Assembly (NCBI RefSeq): GCF_003010495.1 | Contig: NZ_CP027570.1 | Span: forward strand, 990,001-1,022,000 | Origin: Megasphaera elsdenii DSM 20460 | GTDB taxonomy: Bacteria > Bacillota > Negativicutes > Veillonellales > Megasphaeraceae | Direction: 5' to 3' | Length of the DNA stretch: 32,000 nt | Shown: positions 7,385-16,111 of the stretch, one piece after another | How positions within the stretch are numbered: position 1 is the stretch's first letter | How the letters are laid out: every line of letters starts with the position of its first letter | The notes under the pieces: generated by a model | What the model was told of the DNA's origin: nothing | What the model saw: the letters and a program-made list of their open reading frames with translations, nothing else | The model's database searches: none | Made by a program: the position numbers and the translations under genes

Positions 7385-8487
7385 CACATCCCCATAAATT
7401 CCAGCATTTGTATCATGCCGGCTGGGAACGTGTTTATGTCCAAGGATTCCTGCAAAGTGTGTTCACCGCGGCTGCGGCAGAAGCCGAAGGAAATGGACGG
7501 GATGCCCTGGCTCATGGGGATGTTGGCATCGGTGCTGCCGGCAATGCAGGTTGTCGGCAGGCTGTGGCGCTGACGGATTGCCGTGATGCGGTCTGCCAGG
7601 GGATTGGCGTCCAGTCGGCTGCAGGGACGTTCGCCCAGGAGCGTTGTCCCGATGTGGACGCTTTCCCGTTCTCCTGCTTTTATGATGGCGTGGAAGGCCT
7701 GGTCCAGTTTATCCAGTTCGTCGGCATTTTCCGAACGCAAGTCGACAGTGAACTTCGCTTTGGCAGCGATAGAATTGATGGTCGTACCGCCGGCGATGGT
7801 GCCGACATTGTACGTCGTCTTCGGCTGGGACGGTACAGACAGCCCATAGAGACGGCTGATGAGGCGGGCCGCTTCGGCAATGGCATTGGACTGGCCGAAA
7901 TGCATCCAGCTGTGGCCGCCGGCAGCTTCGACCGTCACGGCATAGCGCCGGGATCCGACGGCAGTCGTCACGAAGGTATCGAAAGTACAGTCGACGGCGA
8001 CGACTTCGGAAATCCGGTCGTGCCAATCGGCCATGACCTGCCGCATCCCCTTGAGATTGCCCAGGCCTTCTTCGCCGACATCGAAGGCGAAAAGCAGGCC
8101 CTGCGGCGGCATGAGCTGTAAATCGAAAAACATTTTGATGATGAATAATAAACCGGCAATACTGGCACTGTTGTCGCTGCACGACGGTGCCGACAAGATG
8201 TGTCCCGTCTGATGAATGGGGATTTCCTGTAAATCTTTAAATACAGTATCTATATGAGCGGTGTAAAGGGCGACCTTTTCACCGCTTTTTATATGGCAGG
8301 GATAGAGAATATTGCCGGCTTCATCGCGATAGGCACTGCTAGCTCCCAAGCCATGTAAATATTGGAGAATCCATTCCCCCTTGGCCTGTTCGTGACCCGT
8401 CGGCGAAGGCAGCGAAATAATCTGACAAAGTAATTCCATAAAATCACAGCGGTGCTCCCGCACATAACGTTCTATATCTTCATTCAT
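7384..8487 (-). CDS. M20-family metallopeptidase (ArgE/DapE/PepT-like), 367 aa
   Basis: Motifs AHIDTVF, SDNSASIAG, DVGEEGLGNLKG and AAGGHSW fit the M20 metal-ligand pattern. GAGGAG RBS upstream of the ATG (minus strand). Confidence 0.85.
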   Translation of the reverse strand: MNEDIERYVREHRCDFMELLCQIISLPSPTGHEQAKGEWILQYLHGLGASSAYRDEAGNILYPCHIKSGEKVALYTAHIDTVFKDLQEIPIHQTGHILSAPSCSDNSASIAGLLFIIKMFFDLQLMPPQGLLFAFDVGEEGLGNLKGMRQVMADWHDRISEVVAVDCTFDTFVTTAVGSRRYAVTVEAAGGHSWMHFGQSNAIAEAARLISRLYGLSVPSQPKTTYNVGTIAGGTTINSIAAKAKFTVDLRSENADELDKLDQAFHAIIKAGERESVHIGTTLLGERPCSRLDANPLADRITAIRQRHSLPTTCIAGSTDANIPMSQGIPSISFGFCRSRGEHTLQESLDINTFPAGMIQMLEFMGM

Positions 8488-8519
8488 GGTGATGACTCCT
8501 CTCTCTTCATGGTAACTTT

Positions 8520-8528
8520 ATTATAACA
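8520..8528 (-). promoter_or_regulatory. Candidate extended -10 promoter for the M20 gene
   Basis: The minus strand reads TG-T-TATAAT (8528 down to 8520), about 30 nt upstream of the start codon. No convincing -35. Confidence 0.35.
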
Positions 8529-8540
8529 TGGAAAAGACGC

Positions 8541-8635
8541 AGGCCGCCTGGATAAGGCGGCCCGATGTGATGTTCGACCACAGCCTATCCGAGTATAATG
8601 GCAGGCTTTTACGAACCACGAACAACGAGCCACTA
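8541..8635 (+). repeat. Conserved intergenic element, copy 2
   Basis: AGGCCGCC-tggataa-GGCGGCC hairpin (8541-8562). Then CGATGTGATGTTCGACCACAGCCTATCCGAGTATAATGGCAGGCTTTTACGA (TATAAT at 8594-8599). Then GAACCAC GAACAAC GAGCCAC (8613-8633). Collinear with 1977-2075. Confidence 0.8.
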
Positions 8636-8664
8636 TTTTTTCACGAGCCGAGGGTTACTCGAGG

Positions 8665-8759
8665 CGATGTCTTCAGTTTGAGTTTGACGCCGCGCAGCGG
8701 CATCTGAGTCTGAGGCGACCGGCGGGACCGTCAGGTCCCCGATTCGATGAACGATGAAC
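8665..8759 (-). repeat. Single inverted copy of the 93-bp repeat unit, plus a hairpin and a (GATGAAC)x2 heptad pair
   Basis: Reverse complement of 8665-8745 is GGGGACC-tgac-GGTCCC...CCTCAGACTCAGATGCCGCTGCGCGGCGTCAAACTCAAACTGAAGAC. This matches 2081-2128 (CCTCGGACTCAGATGCCGCTACGCGGCGACAGACTCAAACTAACAAC) at roughly 85% by eye. GATGAAC GATGAAC lies at 8746-8759. Confidence 0.7.
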
Positions 8760-9141
8760 GGCTTTTTTACCCATGTACTTGAGTGTCATTATCTTTTAAT
8801 TACAAAAATGACCACTTGCGACAAAAAAACGTCATTTTAGGACAAGTTTGTCTTATCCCCTCGTTTTATATCGTATAATGCAAGTAGATAAGAAACCCAT
8901 ATAACGAATGTATGAAATGTAAAAATGTAAACCTAAAATAGAAAGGGATGAAGTTATTAAAACTGATATTTTTATCAAACATTATTAAAGAACATGTGGA
9001 AGTATAACATTTAGCGAAACAATTTTATATCATATTAATTATATTATAAGTGAGAAAGACAATTGTCTATACAAATAAAAAATAATTAAAGCATTTTTAC
9101 GGTAAAATATTCTGGAGCTGAAAAAAAGGAGGCGAACATTT

Positions 9142-12100
9142 ATGAATAAGATTTACAAGGTAGTATGGAATACAGTTCGCAATTGTTACGTAGTCGGATC
9201 CGAACTGATTAGCTCGAAATCGGGCAGACATAGCGCATCGAATGGCAAGTCTTCGAGTTTGAAAGTTACTTTGACCGTACTAGCGCTCTGCGGGATGACG
9301 GCTTTAGGAAGCGGAGTGGTCCCGGCGTATGCGGCGGATGGCACGGGAGCTGTAACGGCAAAGAATCAATACGTCGCATTGAGGTTCTCTAGTCCTGATG
9401 ATGGCGATTCAAGAGCTGAATACCAGAATGGTCAATGGCATACTACTTTTAATGGAAAAAACTACGATACGGTTGACAGTGGTATGAAGGATAAATATAA
9501 TCAGCCTATTATCTATTGGGTCCGCAACGGCTATTCGCTGACCATAGTCGACGGCCAGCCTTATACGTCCTTGTCGGACAATGGCCGCCGGGCTGATGTC
9601 AGCTGGACAGATGATGCAAATGCCAAACCGTCGGATATCTTAGAAAGCGTTACTTCGACTCATGTCCAAACGAATGTGACGACCAATGTTGGCGAAACGT
9701 TGCAGCAAGTCAATGCTGGAACCTATGCTGGTGTGAGCAATTCTGATGGAACAGAGGTTAACGGCAAATGGAATTACATCGTCAAAGACTCCAGTTGGAA
9801 AGGCGTTGTCGACGCTTCGAATTATCGCAACGGGTATGCTGACTTAGTTTCTAGTGGCAAGCCTAGGGGCTTTGTCAGAACTACGGATGCTGGCTCTAAA
9901 TTAGCTTGGAACGCTACCCTTAGCGCATATACGTATAATGGAAAAGTTGTCGATTATAGCAATATCTATGTCATTGATGGGGAAATCGGTGTCTTCACCA
10001 ACGCTTCGGAATCAGAAGTCTATACAGGAACAGTCTTTGGTAAAAATAATGAAGTCTTGATGACTGTCAAGAAATCTGATGGCAGCTATTACAGCTATTG
10101 GGGCGCTGAAGTCAATGACGCTGGCGCTACGATGGATACCTATCGGGTAGCCGAATACCAGAAAGACCTCAACGTCTTGCGGGACAATGACTTTGCCCTC
10201 TATCATAACGATATTAAGTCCGTAGATATGAGCACGAACGATTCTTCGGCAACCATTTCCCTCATGCGTAATGGTGATGGTACGAGCAATCCTGCTGTCG
10301 ATGGAACGTTGACCATTACTAATGGTGGCGGCACAGGTGGTAAGGACACCTATGTCCGTATTTCCAACACGACGAATGGACAAGAAGTTTCTAAGACCTT
10401 TACGACAGGCTCGAAAGTCAGCGCCATTGGGTCAACTGATGCTACAACAGGACTGACGATTAATGGTGTCGATTACACGATTAAACCGGATGTCAGCTGG
10501 ACTGCCCAGGCTGGCGGTAAGGACGTCAATGCTGTCAATCAGAAAGTCAACTTTGTTGGAAGTGACCATATTACCGTTACCGGAACAGATGGTCAGATTA
10601 AATTTGAAGCTACTGGGTTGGCAGATACGGACCTCACCAATATCACGAACACGGCAGTAACAAAGATTCAAAACATCGCTAAAGGCGAAGATGTCCATAT
10701 CAAAGCCGATACCTATACGGTAGGTAATGATGGTTCCGTTACCATGACCTACGTCGATGGCAATGGCAATACAATTGATGGCACGGCCAAGATTACGGGC
10801 ATCGCCAAGTCGGATCTGTCGAATATCACCAATAAAGGAAATACCGTTATCAAGAATATTGCTAAAAATGCTGTGAAAGTTATTGGTGGGACGAACACGG
10901 CCGTTGAAACTTCGACGACAGATAATGGACCTGTGGAATACAAAGTCAATCTCAATAAAGATGTCAACTTGGGCGATACGATTCAGCTCAATGGCTCCGA
11001 TGGCTCCATCAGTGCTAAATCGGGCGGCGCGAGGTTGTCTTTCAACAACAACGGCTTGACGGTTTCCCAGGCCAAGAATGGCGTGACTAATGAAACGAGA
11101 ATCAATGGAGCTGAGATTACGGTCGACGGTGGTATCGGTAACCAGACAACTATCAAAGGTTCGATGGCTAGTATCGGCAGCGTCCTAGTCAACGGCGGTG
11201 GTGGAACAGCTACGATTAGTGGCCTGACCAATAAAACGACGAAGTACGCGGGTTTTGCAACATCTGGCCGGGCAGCAACGGAAGAACAGTTGAAAGAAGT
11301 CAACAGCAAAGCGACTGCAGCAAAGACGACGGTTACTAACGGCAAGAACATTACTGTCAACGAAGCGAAAGCAGATGATGGCAGCAGCACGTATACCGTA
11401 GGCTTGGCAAAAGATGTCGTTCTTGGCGACAATGCCATTAAGCTCAATGGCTCCGATGGCTCCATCAGTGCTAAATCGGGCGGCGCGAGGTTGTCTTTCA
11501 ACAACAACGGCTTGACGGTTTCCCAGGCTAAGAATGGCTTGACTAATGAAACGAGAATCAATGGAGCTGAGATTACGGTCGACGGCGGTATCGGTAACCA
11601 GACAACGATTAAAGGCTCGACGGCCCGAATTGGTAATGTCTTGGTTAACGGTGGTAGCGGAACGGCTACGATTACTGGCTTGACCAATAAAACGACGGAT
11701 TACACCGGCTTTGCAAACGGCAGTGGCCGGGCCGCAACGGAAGAACAGCTGAAAGAAGTCGACAGCAAAGCGGCAGCCGCAAAGACGACGGTCACTAACG
11801 GCAAGAATATCACTGTCGACGAAGCGAAAGCAGATGATGGCAGCAGCACGTATACCGTAGGCTTGGCAACAGATGTCGTTCTCGGCGACAATGCCATTAA
11901 GCTCAACGGTTCCGATGGTTCCATCAGTGCTAAATCGGGCGGAGCCCAGCTGGCTTTCAACAACAGCGGCTTGACGGTTTCGCAGGCTAAGAATGGCTTG
12001 ACCAATGAAACGAGAATCGATGGAGCTACGATTACAGTCGATGGTGGTACGGGTAACCAGACGATCATCAACGGTTCGACGGCTCGTATCGGCAGTGTCT

Positions 12101-13788
12101 TGGTCAACGGTGGTAGCGGAACGGCTACGATTACTGGCTTGACCAATAAAACGACGGAGTACACCGGTTTTGCAAACGGCAGTGGCCGGGCAGCTACGGA
12201 AGAACAGCTGAAGGAAGTTGCAGGCAAAGCTGGCGAAGCTATCGAAACGGCTGGCAAAGGCTGGAATCTGACGACTAACGGTAAAGAAGCTAGCAAGACC
12301 AACATCGCTCCGGACGGCACGGTAGACTTCTCCAGCAGCAATGACAATCTGATCATCAGCAATGCTGGCGCAAATCTCTCGTTCTCCCTCAGTGATAATC
12401 TCGACCTAACCAAGAATGAAGCTAATAAAGGCAGCGTCAAAGTCGGTAAAAATACGACATTGACAGATGGACTTCTCCAGGTCGGTAACTTGTCCCTGAC
12501 GGCAAATGCTCTCACAATTGACGGTTCGACCTATATCAGTGCCAGTGGTATCAATGCCAATAAACATAAAATCACCAATGTCTTAGCTGGGAAAGATGAT
12601 ATGGATGCAGTCAACGTCGGTCAGCTCAAATCGGCTATCCGCGATTCGCAAGTTTCCATCAAGGCTGGTGATGGCATCAGTGTCGCTAAGACGGGTAACC
12701 AGTACACAATCAATGTTAATATTGAAGGCGTTACCAATAACCAAGGCAAAGTAACGGTTTCGACAGGTGACAGCACTTCGACAGAAAGTGGTTCCGAATC
12801 CGGTTCGTCGGGCGCTAAGAAGTTCAAAGTCATGGACCTCATGTATCGGGCAGAATCTAATGAAGTTGCTCCAGAAACGACAACAGATACCGGTAAACCT
12901 ATGAAAATTGAAAGTATTCCGGAAGATATCAAGCTTGAAGCTGATGATAACCAGGCTGCCAGTGTCGTAAATGGTGAAACTATTAAGATTGCTGGTGATG
13001 GTACGAATATCTCGACGAAAGCTAACGTTACTGGAGCAGGCAGCATGGATACCATATCCGTTTCCCTGAAACCGGATATTCAAGTTGATAGTGTTACTAT
13101 CAACAATGGTGGACCGACCATTAATAATACTGGTATCGACATGAATGGTAAGAGCATCACCAATGTTGAAAATATTACCGTCAACAATGGTCCGACCATC
13201 AATAGCAGCGGTATCGACATGAACAGCCAGAAGATCATCAACCTGGCTGAAGGAGATATCTCCGAAACGTCGACAGATGCCGTCAATGGCGGTCAGCTCT
13301 ACAACACGAACCAGGCCGTCATTGCCAATGCGGAAAACATCAACAGCCTGAGCCATTCGCTCAACAAGCTGGACAGCCGCATCAACCGCGTCGGTGCTGG
13401 TGCAGCCGCGCTGGCAGCCCTCCACCCGCTCGACTTTGACCCGGACAACAAGTGGGACTTCGCAGCTGGTTACGGCAACTATGCTGGCGCTAATGCCGTC
13501 GCTATCGGTACCTACTATCGTCCGAACGAAAACACCATGTTCAGCATCGGTGGCAGCTTCGGCGGCGGTGAAAATATGATCAACGCCGGTGTCAGCTTCA
13601 AACTCGGCAGCGGTGGCAGCGGTATCACGACGTCCAAGACGGTCATGGCCAAGAAGATTAAAGAACAAGATGAACTCCTGAAAGCACAGGATGCTAAGAT
13701 GAAAGAACAAGACGAAAAGATTGCTAAACTGGAAGCTCTCGTAGCCCAGCAAGGCGAAATGATTCAGCAGGCACTTGGCAAGAAATAG
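9142..13788 (+). CDS. Trimeric autotransporter adhesin (type Vc, YadA-like), 1548 aa, with ESPR signal peptide and post-anchor coiled coil
   Basis: AAGGAGG RBS. N-terminus MNKIYKVVWNTVRNCYVVGSELISSK is an ESPR-type extended signal, followed by ...ALGSGVVPAYA|ADG. DAVNVGQLK and DAVNGGQLYN are Hep_Hag/neck-type motifs. The C-terminal four-strand anchor runs AGAAALAALHPLDF...GVSFKLG, followed by a ~60-aa K/E/Q-rich heptad tail. Confidence 0.93.
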   Translation: MNKIYKVVWNTVRNCYVVGSELISSKSGRHSASNGKSSSLKVTLTVLALCGMTALGSGVVPAYAADGTGAVTAKNQYVALRFSSPDDGDSRAEYQNGQWHTTFNGKNYDTVDSGMKDKYNQPIIYWVRNGYSLTIVDGQPYTSLSDNGRRADVSWTDDANAKPSDILESVTSTHVQTNVTTNVGETLQQVNAGTYAGVSNSDGTEVNGKWNYIVKDSSWKGVVDASNYRNGYADLVSSGKPRGFVRTTDAGSKLAWNATLSAYTYNGKVVDYSNIYVIDGEIGVFTNASESEVYTGTVFGKNNEVLMTVKKSDGSYYSYWGAEVNDAGATMDTYRVAEYQKDLNVLRDNDFALYHNDIKSVDMSTNDSSATISLMRNGDGTSNPAVDGTLTITNGGGTGGKDTYVRISNTTNGQEVSKTFTTGSKVSAIGSTDATTGLTINGVDYTIKPDVSWTAQAGGKDVNAVNQKVNFVGSDHITVTGTDGQIKFEATGLADTDLTNITNTAVTKIQNIAKGEDVHIKADTYTVGNDGSVTMTYVDGNGNTIDGTAKITGIAKSDLSNITNKGNTVIKNIAKNAVKVIGGTNTAVETSTTDNGPVEYKVNLNKDVNLGDTIQLNGSDGSISAKSGGARLSFNNNGLTVSQAKNGVTNETRINGAEITVDGGIGNQTTIKGSMASIGSVLVNGGGGTATISGLTNKTTKYAGFATSGRAATEEQLKEVNSKATAAKTTVTNGKNITVNEAKADDGSSTYTVGLAKDVVLGDNAIKLNGSDGSISAKSGGARLSFNNNGLTVSQAKNGLTNETRINGAEITVDGGIGNQTTIKGSTARIGNVLVNGGSGTATITGLTNKTTDYTGFANGSGRAATEEQLKEVDSKAAAAKTTVTNGKNITVDEAKADDGSSTYTVGLATDVVLGDNAIKLNGSDGSISAKSGGAQLAFNNSGLTVSQAKNGLTNETRIDGATITVDGGTGNQTIINGSTARIGSVLVNGGSGTATITGLTNKTTEYTGFANGSGRAATEEQLKEVAGKAGEAIETAGKGWNLTTNGKEASKTNIAPDGTVDFSSSNDNLIISNAGANLSFSLSDNLDLTKNEANKGSVKVGKNTTLTDGLLQVGNLSLTANALTIDGSTYISASGINANKHKITNVLAGKDDMDAVNVGQLKSAIRDSQVSIKAGDGISVAKTGNQYTINVNIEGVTNNQGKVTVSTGDSTSTESGSESGSSGAKKFKVMDLMYRAESNEVAPETTTDTGKPMKIESIPEDIKLEADDNQAASVVNGETIKIAGDGTNISTKANVTGAGSMDTISVSLKPDIQVDSVTINNGGPTINNTGIDMNGKSITNVENITVNNGPTINSSGIDMNSQKIINLAEGDISETSTDAVNGGQLYNTNQAVIANAENINSLSHSLNKLDSRINRVGAGAAALAALHPLDFDPDNKWDFAAGYGNYAGANAVAIGTYYRPNENTMFSIGGSFGGGENMINAGVSFKLGSGGSGITTSKTVMAKKIKEQDELLKAQDAKMKEQDEKIAKLEALVAQQGEMIQQALGKK
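10945..12225 (+). repeat. Three tandem ~456-459-bp (152-153 aa) near-identical repeats inside the TAA stalk
   Basis: CTCAA(T/C)GG(C/T)TCCGATGG recurs at 10987, 11443 and 11902. The repeated peptide is LNGSDGSISAKSGGARLSFNNNGLTVSQAKNG.TNETRI.GA.ITVDGG.GNQT...LVNGG.GTATI.GLTNKT...GRAATEEQLKEV. Confidence 0.95.
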
Positions 13789-13840
13789 TGCCATCCAGAA
13801 GGCTTCGCGTGAAGGTTCCGGCCATCATGCGGGGCCTTTT

Positions 13841-13875
13841 GATGTTTGATGTTTGATGCGTGATGTTTGATGTGA
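13841..13875 (+). repeat. Heptad tandem array GATGTTT GATGTTT GATGCGT GATGTTT GATGTGA
   Basis: Five contiguous 7-mers about 50 nt after the TAA stop codon. Confidence 0.9.
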
Positions 13876-13938
13876 TAATGTGGATTTTGGGAGGCAGGCC
13901 GCAAAAAAACACGGCCAACGGCCTTGTGCGTAGTATGC

Positions 13939-14092
13939 GTAGGGGCCGACCTTTAACCTCTCAGACCGCCTTTGGCGGCCAGCTCCCCTATAAAGGGAGC
14001 CTTGTGAGTCCCGTTGTGAGATTTCATTACAGCCCATTCGAGTATAATGGCAGGCTTTTACGAGCCACGAATCACGAACCACGAGCCACTAA
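13939..14092 (+). repeat. Conserved intergenic element, copy 3 (with extra GTAG-headed GC hairpins upstream)
   Basis: GTAGGGGCCGACC at 13939. CCGCC-ttt-GGCGG and CTCCC-ctataaa-GGGAG hairpins. Then GTCCCGTTGTGAGATTTCATTACAGCCCATTCGAGTATAATGGCAGGCTTTTACGA (TATAAT at 14043-14048). Then GAGCCAC GAATCAC GAACCAC GAGCCAC (14062-14089). Confidence 0.8.
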
Positions 14093-14103
14093 TTTCTCTT
14101 TTG

Positions 14104-14145
14104 GTTGTAAATGCAACAGAAATATTCCTTTCTTTTTGTTATACT
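14104..14145 (+). promoter_or_regulatory. Candidate hcp promoter: extended -10 plus an upstream imperfect palindrome (possible CRP/FNR-family, HcpR-like site)
   Basis: TG-T-TATACT (14137-14145). GTTGTAAATGCAAC (14104-14117) has inverted GTTG/CAAC ends and is centred about 41-42 nt upstream of the TSS predicted from the -10. Confidence 0.35.
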
Positions 14146-14222
14146 TTACGTGTACTCGATAAGAGCTGCGAATTTTGAATCACCCATTCATTTATATGTC
14201 CATAATATAGGAGGTTTTCCCC

Positions 14223-15794
14223 ATGACAAAAGAAAAACAGATGTTTTGTTTCCAGTGTGAACAGACCGCTATGGGTACTGGCTGTACCGGTTGTGCCGGC
14301 GTTTGTGGCAAATCGGCTGTTGAAGCTGGCTTGCAGGATGTTTTGACCGGCGCTCTCGTCGGCTTGGCCCGTACCTGTCAGACTGCCGCTCCGACGGCTA
14401 AGACCTATCGTACCATCCTCGAAGGCATGTTCACGACCATTACCAACGTCAACTTCAATACGACGACGACCCAGGCTATGGTCGATAAAGTCCATGCTGA
14501 AGCCGCTGCTCTTTCGTCCACTCCCGCAGCTGACTACGACATGAACCAGATGTGGAACGCTGACGAAGATATCCGTTCCCTCAAATCGCTCATCCTCTTC
14601 GGCATGCGCGGCATGGCTGCTTATGCTTACCACGCTCTCATGCTCGGCAAATCGAGTGAAGAAGTCGATTCCTTCTTTGTCAAAGGCTTATCGGCTATCG
14701 GCGAAGACTGGGGCATGGATGAACTTCTCCCGATTGTCATGGAAACAGGCAAAGTCAACTTGACCTGCATGGCCCTCCTCGATGAAGCCAACACGACTAC
14801 TTATGGTACACCGGTTCCGACGACGGTTCCTTTGACTGTTGAAAAAGGCCCGTTCATCGTCGTTACTGGCCACGACCTGAAAGATTTGGAACTCCTCCTT
14901 AAACAGACAGAAGGCAAAGGCATCAACATTTACACTCATGGTGAAATGCTCCCGGCCCATGCATATCCGGAATTGAAAAAATACAAACACCTCAAGGGCA
15001 ACTTCGGCACGGCTTGGCAGAACCAGCAGAAAGAATTTGATGGCGTTCCCGGTGCTTTCCTGTTCACGACGAACTGCCTCATGCCGCCTCGCAAATCCTA
15101 CATCGACCGCGTCTTCACGACGGAAGTCGTTTCCTTTGACGGCGTAACTCACATCGGCGAAGACAAAGACTTCACACCGGTCATCGAAAAAGCGCTGGAA
15201 CTCGGCGGCTACAGCGAAGACCAGCACTTCACCGGCATCAACGGCGGCAGCACGGTAACGACAGGTTTCGGTCATGGTACCGTTCTCTCCGTAGCTGACA
15301 AAGTCATCGATGCTGTCAAAGCTGGCGCTATCAAACACTTCTTCCTCGTCGGCGGTTGCGACGGCGCTCGTCCGGGCCGTAACTACTACACGGAATTTGT
15401 TAAACAGACCCCGGCTGATACGGTTGTCCTCACCTTGGCTTGCGGCAAATACCGCTTCAATGACCTCGACCTCGGCACCATCGGCGGCTTGCCGCGCATC
15501 ATGGATATGGGCCAGTGCAACGACGCTTACAGCGCTATCCAGGTAGCTGTCGCTTTGGCAAAAGCCTTCGATTGCGGCGTCAACGACCTGCCTTTGTCCA
15601 TGGTTCTCTCCTGGTACGAACAGAAGGCTGTCTGCATCCTCTTGACCCTCCTCTCCTTGGGTATCAAGAACATCTACCTCGGACCAACACTGCCGGCCTT
15701 CGTCTCCAAGAATGTCCTCAACTACTTGGTAGAAAACTTCAACATCACTCCGACCAGCACGCCGGAAGCTGACCTCAAAAAGATTTTGGGATAA
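14223..15794 (+). CDS. hcp: Hybrid-cluster protein / hydroxylamine reductase Hcp, 523 aa
   Basis: AGGAGG RBS. N-terminal Cys cluster MFCFQCEQTAMGTGCTGCAGVCGK. Conserved core segments include VTGHDLKDLELLLKQTEGKGINIYTHGEMLPAH and GQCNDAYSAI. Confidence 0.95.
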   Translation: MTKEKQMFCFQCEQTAMGTGCTGCAGVCGKSAVEAGLQDVLTGALVGLARTCQTAAPTAKTYRTILEGMFTTITNVNFNTTTTQAMVDKVHAEAAALSSTPAADYDMNQMWNADEDIRSLKSLILFGMRGMAAYAYHALMLGKSSEEVDSFFVKGLSAIGEDWGMDELLPIVMETGKVNLTCMALLDEANTTTYGTPVPTTVPLTVEKGPFIVVTGHDLKDLELLLKQTEGKGINIYTHGEMLPAHAYPELKKYKHLKGNFGTAWQNQQKEFDGVPGAFLFTTNCLMPPRKSYIDRVFTTEVVSFDGVTHIGEDKDFTPVIEKALELGGYSEDQHFTGINGGSTVTTGFGHGTVLSVADKVIDAVKAGAIKHFFLVGGCDGARPGRNYYTEFVKQTPADTVVLTLACGKYRFNDLDLGTIGGLPRIMDMGQCNDAYSAIQVAVALAKAFDCGVNDLPLSMVLSWYEQKAVCILLTLLSLGIKNIYLGPTLPAFVSKNVLNYLVENFNITPTSTPEADLKKILG

Positions 15795-15835
15795 GAGGCC
15801 GTAGTTTATAGTTTGTAGAAGAGAGATTTAAACTC

Positions 15836-15872
15836 AAAAGAGGCTGTCCAATGCGACAGCCTCTTTTTTTTT
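15836..15872 (+). terminator. Intrinsic terminator after hcp
   Basis: AAAA, then GAGGCTGTC (15840-15848), loop CAATGC, GACAGCCTC (15855-15863), then a T9 run. Confidence 0.85.
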
Positions 15873-15889
15873 CGCCTGTATGCGATTTC

Positions 15890-16072
15890 GTAGGGGACGT
15901 CCTGTCAAGGCGTCCAGCCTCTGCTGTCCGTTTTGGCGACCGTCTTGCGCCTTCCGTTGGTCGGCACCCGATGGGTCAAAAAGGCTTAGGACGGCCCCTA
16001 CGGAGGCCCCGATTGGGGCGCTTTAGCGCCCTAACTACTTGCGGAATTGCCTATTCTACGGTAATATAAACG
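15890..16072 (+). repeat. Diverged or mosaic copy of the REP-like element cluster, ending in a TATAAT-box-like segment before ppiB
   Basis: GTAGGGGACGTCC-tgtcaa-GGCGTCC (15890-15915) is nearly identical to 1977-2002. GGACGGCCCCTAC (15990-16001) and the GGGGCG-cttta-GCGCCC hairpin follow. GCCTATTCTACGGTAATATAAACG (~16049-16072) resembles GCCTTATTCTGGTATAATGG of copy 1. Confidence 0.6.
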
Positions 16073-16111
16073 TATACTAATCTTATTATATGCAAATGGG
16101 AGGCTTTTACT

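Noticed and set aside
8848-8879. Sigma-70 promoter for the TAA gene (TTGTCT ... TATAAT at 8874-8879).
   Set aside because: The spacer would be 20 nt, which is too long. The -10 is good, but without a -35 or TG extension I do not call it.
13789-13840. Intrinsic terminator directly after the TAA gene.
   Set aside because: I found only weak, short pairings (GGCC...GGCC with TTTT) and cannot support a confident hairpin. Termination may rely on the downstream repeat structures or on Rho.
13860-14162. 100-aa ORF between the TAA gene and hcp. Also the 72-aa ORF at 15851-16069 and the ORFs at 13724-14082 (-).
   Set aside because: They run through heptad arrays, REP-like hairpins and the TATAAT-box element. 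They have no RBS, and homologous DNA elsewhere in the window is in different frames and orientations. This is repeat DNA, not coding.
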